The notes under the pieces are model-generated. The model was not told the DNA's origin. It made no database searches and worked only from the letters and a program-made list of their open reading frames with translations. Both the position numbers and the translations under genes were made by a program. Below, piece after piece: positions 11,352 to 25,456 of a stretch of DNA of 64,000 nt (its first letter is position 1; each line of letters starts with the position of its first letter). The stretch is taken from the NCBI RefSeq assembly GCF_009914755.1, contig NC_060947.1. The stretch is one strand, 5' to 3'. The DNA comes from the human T2T-CHM13v2.0 reference genome, Homo sapiens.

Positions 11352-11777
11352 GCCTATTTTCTTTTTTTGGGGGGGTTAATAATTCTAATGTATTAAAATA
11401 TTTTCAAAATCAAAATGTCTCTGGCCATAATATTAGTTGTTTAAATGTTTGCATTGTTTTCTTTTTCTTCCAGCTCTCCATCCCTTTATAACTTGTTTGT
11501 CCTTTTCACTTTATTTCTCTTTTTTTTCCTTTTTCCTAATCTCTTTTTTTATTTTATTTTATTTTATTTTATTTTATTTTATTTTATTATTATTATACTT
11601 TAAGTTTTAGGGTACATGTGCACAATGTGCAGGTTAGTTACATATGTATACATGTGACATGCTGGTGTGCTGCACCCATTAACTCGTCATTTAGCATTAG
11701 GTATATCTCCTAAAGCTATCCCACAACAGTCCCCGGAGTGTGATGTTCCCCTTCCTGTGTCCATGTGTTCTCATTGT

Positions 11778-15612
<3,835 letters not shown>

Positions 15613-15660
15613 TTATTTTGCTCGTTAGTTGATGCAGTTTCTTCCTAGCCTCGATGGTCG

Positions 15661-16677
15661 TTACAATTTGGCATGATTTTGCAGCGGCTGGTACCGGTTG
15701 TTCCTTTCCATGTTTAGTGCTTCCTTCAGGAGCTCTTGTAGGGCAGGCCTAGTGGTGACAAAATCTCTCAGCATTTGCTTGTCTGTAAAGGATTTTATTT
15801 CTCCTTCACTTATGAAGCTTAGTTTGGCTGGATATGAAATTCTGGGTTGAAAATTCTTTTCTTTAAGAATGTTGAATATTGGCCCCCACTCTCTTCTGGC
15901 TTGTAGAGTTTCTGCCGAGAGATCAGCTGTTAGTCTGATGGGCTTCCCTTTGTGGGTAACCCGGCCTTTCTCTCTGGCTTCCCTTAACGTTTTTTCCTTC
16001 GTTTCAACTTTGGTGAATCTGACAATTATGTGTCTTGGAGTTGCTCTTCTCGAGGAGTATCTTTGTGGCGTTCTCTGTATTTCCTGAATCTGAATGTTGG
16101 CCTGCCTTGCTAGATTGGGGACGTTCTCCTGGATAGTATCCTGCGGAGTGTTTTCCAACTTGGTTCCATTCTCCCCGTCACTTTCAGGTACACCAATCAG
16201 ACGTAGATTTGGTCTTTTCACATAGTCCCATATTTCTTGGAGGCTTTGTTCATTTCTTTTTATTCTTTTTTCTCTAAACTTCCCTTCTCACTTCATTTCA
16301 TTCATTTCATCTTCCATCACTGATACCCTTTCTTCCAGTTGATCGCATCGGCTCCTGAGGCTTCTGCATTCTTCACGTAGTTCTCGAGCCTTGGCTTTCA
16401 GCTCCATCAGCTCCTTTAAGCACTTCTCTGTGTTGGTTATTCTAGTTATACATTCGTCTAAATTTTTTTCAAATTTTTCGACTTCTTTGCCTTTGGTTTG
16501 AATTTCCTCCTGTAGCTCGGAGTAGTTTGATTGTCTGAAGCCTTCTTCTCTCAACTCGTCAAAGTCATTCTCCATCCATCTTTGTTCCGTTGCTGGTGAG
16601 GAGCTGCGTTCCTTTGGAGGAGGAGAGGCACTCTGCCTTTTAGAGTTTCCAGTTTTTCTGCTCTGTTTTCTCCCCAT
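15661..16677 (-). pseudogene. ORF1: L1 ORF1 (RNA-binding protein) with one premature stop
   Basis: 1017 nt, all in one frame. The only interruption seen is TGA at 16288-16290 (codon 130, consensus CGA/Arg). Confidence 0.95.
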
Positions 16678-17710
16678 CTTTGTGGTTTTACCTACTTTTG
16701 GTCTTTGATGATGGTGATGTACAGATGGGTTTTTGGTGTGGATGTCCTTCCTGTTTGTTAGTTTTCCTTCTAACAGACAGGACCCTCAGCTGCAGGTCTG
16801 TTGGCGTTTGCTAGAGGTTCACTCCAGACCCTGTTTGCCTGGGTACCAGCAGTGGTGGCTGCAGAACAGTGGATTTTCGTGAACTGCTAATGCTGCTGTC
16901 TGATCGTTCCTCTGGAAGTTTTGTCTCAGAGGAGTACCCGGCCGTGTGAGGTGTCAGTCTGCCCCTGCTGGGGGGTGCCTCCCAGTGAGGCTGCTCGGGG
17001 GTCACGGGTGAGGGACCCACTTGAGGAGGCAGTCTGCCTGTTCTCAGATCTCCGGCTGCGTGCTGGGAGAACCGCTGCTCTCTTCAAAGCTGTCAGACAG
17101 GGACATTTAAGTCTGCAGAGGGTACTGCTGTCTTTTTGTTTGTCTGTGCCCTGCCCCCAGAGGTGGAGCCTACAGAGGCAGGCAGGACTCCTTGAGCTGT
17201 GGTGGGCTCCACCCAGTTCGAGCTTCCCAGCTGCTTTGTTTACCTAAGCAAGCCTGGGCAATGGCGGGTGCGCCTACCCCAGCCTGGCTGCCACCTTGCA
17301 GTTTGATCTCAGACTGCTGTGCTAGCAATCAGGGAGACTCCATGGGCGTAGGACCCTCCGAGCCATGTGCGGGATATAATCTCCTGGTGTGCCGTTTTTT
17401 AAGCCTGTCGGAAAAGCGCAGTATTAGGGTGGGAGTGACCCGATTTTCCAGGTGCCGTCTGTCACCCCTTTCTTTGACTAGGAAAGGGAACTCCCTGACC
17501 CCTTGCGCTTCCCGAGTGAGGCAATGCCTCGCCCTGCTTCGGCTCGCACACGGTGTGCTGCACCCACTGTACTGCACCCACTGTCTGGCACTCCCTAGTG
17601 AGATGAAGCCGGTACCTCAGATGGAAATGCAGAAATCACCCATCTTCTGTGTCTCTCACGCTGGGAGCTGTAGACCGGAGCTGTTCCTATTCAGCCATCT
17701 TGGCTCCACT
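16678..17710 (-). promoter_or_regulatory. L1 5' UTR: internal sense promoter and antisense promoter region
   Basis: YY1 motif CAAGATGGC at the 5' end; CpG-containing; retains the long-form segment at ~16805-16935. Confidence 0.9.
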
Positions 17711-17773
17711 GCCTATTTTCTTTACAGTGTGCAGTCTGCTGTCTGTGCTCAGATTTTCCTCCCTTATTTTTGA
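17261..17773 (+). CDS. ORF0: L1 antisense ORF0, open and extended (170 aa; the last 20 aa come from TSD/flank)
   Basis: MAGAPTPAWLPPCSLISDCCASNQGDSMGVGPSEP.. matches the ORF0 N-terminus. No stop until 17771-17773. Expression unknown. Confidence 0.55.
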   Translation: MAGAPTPAWLPPCSLISDCCASNQGDSMGVGPSEPCAGYNLLVCRFLSLSEKRSIRVGVTRFSRCRLSPLSLTRKGNSLTPCASRVRQCLALLRLAHGVLHPLYCTHCLALPSEMKPVPQMEMQKSPIFCVSHAGSCRPELFLFSHLGSTAYFLYSVQSAVCAQIFLPYF

Positions 17774-18999
17774 ATTTTAGCCTAGTTTCCTAGGGGTTGT
17801 CCCTGGGCTGGCATAGGTCACTTAAAGTCAAAGTTTTGCATTAAGCACTCTTGGCTAGTTAGATTAATTTTTATTTTCTACCATCACATGCATATTTATT
17901 TTTGTTGCTACTGTCACTGTCAGGGAGTTTATGTTATTACCTCCCATTAAACCAGGAAAAAGTATCTTGTACTTTCATCACTCCTAAGAGAGCATAGCTT
18001 TGGGCATGGACACAGTCCTCCACACTGCCAGAGATGTATGTGACTTTAATTTTAAGCCTGGCTTCCTAGGAGCTGCCTTGAGTCCATGTAGCTTTTATTC
18101 TATAAAATAGCACCCTGTGCTGTAAAACTTAATGGGAAGCTTTTGATGCTTAGATTAAATTACTATGACGTTAGCTTGTGTTTATACACTATTTTTTTTT
18201 CTATAGCAAGGGAAAATAAGATTATTAAACTAAATTACTTAAAACGTTCTGGCATCGTTAAAATATAAACAAAAGATTTATGTTATATAAAGTTTGTTTA
18301 AACATTTTACTCCCCACAAATACCCACGCAAACGTTTTGTATAATGTTAAGGAAAAAAGAGGGAAATCCTTTAGGGAATGAAAACAAATGCACTTTATTT
18401 CCCAACACTAATTCAGGGCCTTGTTTCCTAACTTCTTTAGAAGAATGCATTTGACCATATTTCACTTATATTTTATTATTGAATCAAAGAGTCATAGTAA
18501 GACTTTCTGTAAAAGCTTAGAAATATATGTGCATAAAATCTAGGTACAATACATTTGCCAGTATGTGAGAACAACTTTTAAATATTTTACTTTAGGTAAA
18601 ACAGCTTGTTTCTTTCATGGATTAGAAACACAACAAAAGTAATTTTAACTTCTACATTTATATGCTGAAAAGCAAAGAATGATAAGATATTAAGTAGAGG
18701 AGCTTTTTATGAGTAAGAAAGTTAGCCTTCAGTACCAGTAGGAAAATAATGAACAGTTTCTTCTTGAAGAGCTTGCAAACAATGCTTTATATTTTCTCAA
18801 CTGTTAATAACACCCCAAAAATGCAACAATTAACATTTATGAAGTACTTACTATGTACTTAGGACTAAGGTAGATAAGCAATATACATAGGCTTTGCTCT
18901 CAAGTTGTTAATAGAGGAGGAGAAACTAACTTGTTATAGTAATATTAGGAAATAATTTATTGAGAAAATAGTGCTTAAGCAGGAGTTTAGTAAACAGTT

Positions 19000-19395
19000 C
19001 AGTTGTATGCATATCTTATTTACGCATTCATCAGTTGTTGGACATTTGGTTTACTTCCACTTTTTAGCTCTTATAAATTTGCTGATTCTATAAACATTTG
19101 TGTACAAATTTTTGTATGGTCATGTGTTTTCAGTTCTTTTCAGTAGATACCTAGGAGTGGAATTGCTGTGCCATATGGTAACTTCATTTTGAATCTTTTG
19201 AGTGACTGCCAGTTTATTTCCAAAGTGGCTACACTATATGACATTCCCACCAGTAATGTGTAAGGGTTTAAATTTCTACAAATTTTTTGCCACTTATTTT
19301 TTTTTTTACAGTATTTGTTGCCAATATTTTTGCCAATACAGTATTTTCTATCTTTTTGTCATAGCCACTTTAGTGTCTCTGAAATGATGTCTCAT
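19000..19395 (-). mobile_element. Old L1M (L1MB/ME-like) 3' fragment
   Basis: cattcatcagttgttggacatttgg..ataaacatttgtgtacaa..acattcccaccag. Confidence 0.7.
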
Positions 19396-19464
19396 TCTTA
19401 GGGTAGTTCTCTCCCAGCCTTCATTAAAAGAAAAGTCATCAGAAAAAGCTATGAATATGCCAAC

Positions 19465-19830
19465 TGTCTAAGACAGTTTGGATTGATATAGCAAAATATC
19501 ATAAATGGAGTGGGTTATAAATAACAGAGATTTATTTTTAACAGTTCTGGATGTTGGTTGTTTGAGATCAGGGGCCCAGCATTGTCATGTTTTGGCAGGG
19601 GTGCTCTTTCAGGCCGCAGACAAGTGTGACTTTTTCTTGTATCTTCACATGATGGGGAAAAAGCTAGCTATCTCTCATACCTTTTTATATAAGGGCGCAT
19701 ACCATTGATGAAGGCTGCACCCTTGTGACCTAATTGTCTCCTAAAGGACCCACTTCCAAATACCATTACACTGGGATTAGGGTTTTAACAATATGAATTT
19801 TGGGGGAACACAAACATTTAGTACATGGCA
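19465..19830 (-). mobile_element. MLT1A-like MaLR LTR
   Basis: caaaatatcataaa..gatttatttttaacagttctgg..caaataccattacactgggattagg..caaacatttagtacatggca. Confidence 0.75.
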
Positions 19831-20000
19831 CTAGCCAATTAAATAACTGAGATTAGATTGACACATTTATAGAAATACACACGTAAAGTGAACTTAATGA
19901 AATTAAAAATTGTGTGCTACAAATGATATCCTTAAGAAAGTACAAAGATTACCCACAAAATGGAAGAAATGTTCATCAGTGATATATTTGTAAGAGACTC

Positions 20001-20350
<350 letters not shown>

Positions 20351-21870
20351 TAATAAAAAGACAAACACCCCAATTGAACATTAGCAGAGGCTCTGAATAG
20401 ACATTTCTACAAAGAAGATAAGAAAAGCCAGTAAGCACGTGAAGAGATGCTCAACATCATTAATCATTAGGGAAATAAAATTCAAACCCAAATGGGATAA
20501 CACTTTACTCTTACTAAGATGGATATATTTTTAAAACAAAAAATACAAGTGCTGGTGATAAAGTGGAGAAATTATACCCTCATACATTGCTGGTGAGAAT
20601 TTAAAATCATGTAAACCAAGACATGCACATAAACGTCAGGATTCCTTGCATACGTCAGGGATGTTAAAAGGCTCTCTAGATCTTTCTTTTTTAAGTTTTT
20701 GGCCTGGCTCTTGATTACCCTAACTATTATTTCAGGTTCAGGCAGCTGTGATGTTTAACTGAGTCATTAAAAAAAAAAAAAATACCTTGCTAATAGAGTT
20801 TTTCTAGGGAGCTGCAAGACAGGTCAAATGGGAACAATGATCTGTAGAAGGTACGTTCTGTGGAGTTCCAAACTTGGTCTTTCTCCTCTGGTAGTTGTTA
20901 TACTGCTGATTTTCTAAGCTACTACAGAGCTTAGAAAGAAGAATGTGAGTATGTCAAGTTTAATTTTACCAAGGCATAGCAGAATTTCTTTGATTTTCTT
21001 GAATACTTGGATAAGTATTTATCACATTGTTGTAAGTCTTCCGTTAACTTTCAAAACTATAAAAAAGTTGATCTTGTCAATTTTTTCAGTGTTTTTATTA
21101 TCTTCATGGAAGAGATGATTTACTGATTTCTTCAGTCTACCATTAGGCCACCTAGTTTATGTTGCATGTGATGTGTAGTCCATATATAGAAGAAAAGGGC
21201 ATCTGGGAACCTATTTATTATATAATTTGATGAAACCTGATGAATAAACTCTGTTTTTTCAACAATTATCCACTTTGAAGATTTTTGTTTGTGCTGACTT
21301 GATAGCTTTTTTTTTCTACTCAAAGAGCAAACTGCACTCCATTTTACATATCATAATAATAGCTAACTAATGGCTAAGGTTTTTACATTGCCCATTTAAA
21401 AATTCTCACAGAGACTTTCATAAAGTGGGTAAAAACGAATAATTCAGAAGATTATTTGAGTATAAGTTTATTCTACCATTAAGTTTCTCTGAACCTATGC
21501 ATCCAAAAGAGTCCAAAAATCATTTAAAGCATGGAAACTAAACATACTCACACTATGCTACCAAACCACAAACATTTTACTCCATTTTGTTTAAAGGCAC
21601 CAAGCTTTTTCCTATTTCAGTCAAAATTATTCTAGTCACCTTAACTACCATAGTTTAGCAAAACCTAGAAACCAATTGGTCTTTGGACACTTATAAAAAC
21701 TAACTCCAACATTATATTACAAACGCTTGGTATCGTTAATGCTATGTGAAAAATAATGTGGTAAATTTAGAAAAAATTCCATGAAAGACTTGACTTCTGG
21801 CAGCATAATGAAAATAATAATAAATATTCCTATGGAGATGGCTTTGAGTAACTTCACTCACTAAACATTT

Positions 21871-22118
21871 TATATATATGTATACATATACATATATGTA
21901 TACATATGTGTATATATGTACATATATGTATACATATATACATATATGTGTACATATATACATATATGTATACATACACATATATACACATATACACATA
22001 TATATACATATATACATATACACATATATACGGATATATACGCACATATATGTATATACACATATATATACACATATATATACACATATATATACATATA
22101 TACATACATATATATATC
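21871..22118. repeat. Long alternating purine-pyrimidine (TA/TACA/TATG)n microsatellite
   Basis: ~250 bp of nearly unbroken RY alternation. Confidence 0.97.
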
Positions 22119-24221
22119 TACTGCACTGCTAATTAAAAATTCATTATTTAATAGTCTTAACTATGAGAAACAGCCACGATAAAGTGACCTATCACTACAA
22201 AATTATGATTTCTTTGAAATTCTTGCTGTAGTTATAATTCCGTCTTTTTGTCCTTATATGCATATATCTCTATATCCAACTTATCAAAAGTAATTATTTG
22301 ATTCCCCAAACCAAAACTGGAGTACAAAATTTACAGCATAGTAAGTCTTAAAGTATCAAATATTCTTAAATTGCCAGTATTGAACTTATATATTTTAAAT
22401 ATAGTTTTACAGTTAGTACTTGAATTTTCTTTCTGAACTTCTCTCTCCGTGGAGCAAGATAAGTAAAACTTTAAAAGATAGTTTATTTAAGTAACATGTA
22501 ACAACTTCCAGAAGGCTTGTTTTTTGTACATTGGGTTATTTTTATCATCTAAATTATACAAATGTCATTGTTTATATTAGTGGAGATTCTCTAAGCCCTG
22601 GAAATTAAAGTTTCATATGGGTGGCAGGAAAGTCTAGAGACACATGGGTCATGAAAAGATAAAAAGAACTGGAGTTTTGTAACGCTTTGATTTATTCAAT
22701 TTCCTGAGTACACAGAGATAATTAAGCTTCATAATAGCTACCTCATGATTGAGCCCTCTTATCATTAATAGTTCTATTTTACAGAATTACTTTAAAGAGG
22801 CATAGAAAGCCTAATGATCAAAAGTTGGCTTTATTTTTAGGACTGCCAATGGGCATCAGCAAGTGTTTCTAAAATTTCTCAATAAAAATTTTCTTACTAT
22901 GTTAATATATTTGAAATATATAACACTATTATATAAGAATATCTAAAGACATACATACACATATGAATTTTATATATATATATATATATGTATATAACCA
23001 TATAGAGGCATTGAGTTGTTTCATAAAAATGCAGAATCCAGAAAAAACAAGAATGATTTCTGAAAGTTAACCTACCAAAATCCACTTACTACAGACTTTG
23101 TGAGAATCAACAAGATGTGTCTAAAATATACAAAACAGAACTGTGGCAGTACCCCTAAAATTCTTTTATGCTGTTATTGGTGTAATCTCAGTGAGAACTA
23201 ATTATTTTTTATTTTAGTTAGAAGAAACCTAATTAAGAGGCACTGTACAAGTTTGGATCATGATGATGATAATGATGGTGATAAAAACAATAATGAATTT
23301 TTGGGTGCTATGTGCTAGGCACTGAATTCATAGTTTAATTCTGGCATAATAGCTCTCCTTATACAACTGTATCTTTCTATATAAAAATGTATTTCTATTA
23401 TTAACCATTTATTTTTTGTTTCTTAGATACTAAAAATTAACTTTATATACATTATACACATCATACATTCATAGGTGCTTGCTTCATGAGGTTTTGCCAT
23501 TAATCTTACTTTTAATAGATGAATACTACATGATTAGTTATGAAACATGTTCATAAATATATGAGACACATCTTCTATAGACTTTTGAAATACATGGAGA
23601 TAATTTTGCAGGGATGCTGCTTGGCCTTTAGCACTACCATGAAAATGATGAGCCAGCTAATATGGGTCACAAGCAAGTACTCAGAGTCATTTAGTCATAA
23701 ATGACTACTTCTAATATGAAGCCAGTTTAACATGATCGTCTACAAATGCTAAAGGCTGTAGTTATCTAATTCATGTGTTGGTCAGATCAATTTGTGACTA
23801 GTCCTTCAGAAAATAAGTGGAATGAAAATATCTAATGACTGTTACAGTTTGTCAACTGTGATAATTCCAGGGAAGTTCATTTCTTTTCTGCACATCGTAG
23901 AATCAGAACAAATGATAGTAGAAATGAGCACTTCAAAGGAAGCAGTCATGTTTTACCTAATTTAAACTGTATATACAAAAACATTTTTTAAGAAATCTTT
24001 CTTTTGTAGTTATTCTGTTGATTTTGCTTTTCATATAGAAAGTAGTAGAGGCTTTACATAAAAATTTCCAGAATGCAACTGTGCTAAAAGAAAAGAAAAA
24101 TTATATAAGAAAAAAGAAGTCAATGATAAAAACATATTTAGTTGTTGAAAGGCAAGCTAAATAATAGTATTTAAAAGCATAGTTTTTTAAAAAATAAAAC
24201 AGTCTTAAGACTTCTGTCTCC

Positions 24222-24390
24222 CAAAATTAGCTTTGTGACTTTGACACATTTACTTCCATGATTTCATTTCTCGATGCTGATCTTTAAAATGTATAATAGT
24301 ACCAAACTCATAGAGTGGTTACAGTGATAGATGATATAATGCATGTGAAGCATAATGATTAGCACATAGTGAGTATTCAATAACTCCTGT
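24222..24390 (+). mobile_element. MIR SINE
   Basis: MIR core: tgtgactttg..taaaatg..ataatagtacc..tcatagag..gatataatgcatgtgaagca..agcacatagtgagtattcaataa. Confidence 0.7.
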
Positions 24391-24654
24391 CGTGATTGTT
24401 ATACTATTATACACAAATAATATAATAGTATACACAATATACTATTGGCATTTATTCATTTTAATAACACCAAAGTGTGTCAGAATTGAGAGGTTAGAAA
24501 TTGTAGGTGACTTATTTGGGAATGTTTTCTCAATATACAAGCAAAGTCTTCTGCCTAGGTTGAATTCCATACAGGGCATGAGATATTTGAATATGTTGTA
24601 GAAATTCTATGGGAATATTTGCATTTTAATAGCTAATTTTAAAATTGTTGGTGA

Positions 24655-24806
24655 TGCCAGCAAGATGGCAGAGTAAAAGGCCTTGGATTCTTATTTCTTT
24701 CACATACACATCAATTCAGCAACAATTCAGAGACAAATTCCCTTGTGAGAAATGAGAAACCAGTAGAAAATCTCCTGCACTCTGGGAGAATGTGAAGTCA
24801 GACTCC
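24655..24806 (+). mobile_element. 5'-end fragment of an L1PB/L1M-type LINE
   Basis: agcaagatggcagagta..caacaattc..caaattccc..tgtgagaaat..gaaaccagt. Confidence 0.55.
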
Positions 24807-24807
24807 C

Positions 24808-25293
24808 TGTTTTAAGTCATGGTTCTCTAGAGGAATAGAACTAACAGGATAGATATATATATATACAAAAGGGAGTTTATTAAGGAGAATTGACTCACAC
24901 GATCACAAGATGAAGGCCCACAATAGGCCATCTGCAAGTTGAGGAGCAAGAAAACCAGTAATGGCTCAGACTGAGTCCAAAAACCTCAAAAGTAGGGAAG
25001 CCAACAGTGCAGCCTTCAGTCTGTAGCCAAAGGCCCAAGAGCCCCTGGCAAACCACTGGCATTAAGTTCAAAAGTCCAAAAGCTGAAGAACTTGGAGTCT
25101 GATGTTAGAGGGCAGGAAGCATCCAGAATAGGAGAAAGATGAAGGCTGGAAGACTCAGAAGTCTGGCTGCTTTTTCTAGCCATGCTGGCAGCCAATTTGA
25201 TGGTGCCCACCCAGATTGAGGGTGGGCCTGTCTTTCCCTGTCCGCTGACTCAAATGTTAATCTCTTCTGGTAGCACCCTCAAAGACACACCCA
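24808..25293 (-). mobile_element. MLT2A (HERV-L) LTR, truncated at its 5' end
   Basis: ggttctctagagg..gagtttattaaggagaattgactcacacgatcac..caaatgttaatctc..cacccaaga; the terminal part is missing. Confidence 0.85.
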
Positions 25294-25456
25294 AGACTCC
25301 ACGAAGCTCTTTCTGTCAGACTGAAGGCCTTGGTGGAGTGGGTTTATAAGGAGATCTTCTGACCTGAGGATTGCAAAGATCCATGGACGAAGTATGGGTT
25401 TCTAGGGTCACACATTCAATCACAGTCTCCCTGGGTGGGGGAGGTTCCCCTGGCTC
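25294..25456 (-). mobile_element. Inverted fragment of an older L1PA 5' UTR
   Basis: Reverse complement gagccaggggaacctcccccacccagggag..tccatggatctttgcaatcctcaggtcagaagatc..gagcttcgtggagtc resembles recalled L1PA13-16-type 5' UTR. Confidence 0.6.

Noticed and set aside
21742-22182. Six overlapping Y/I/H/T/M/C/V-rich ORFs
   Set aside because: Artefacts of the alternating RY microsatellite, which cannot contain stop codons.
24801-25299. GACTCC on both sides of the MLT2A LTR as a possible TSD
   Set aside because: The LTR is truncated on the right, and the right-hand GACTCC belongs to the inverted L1 5' UTR piece.
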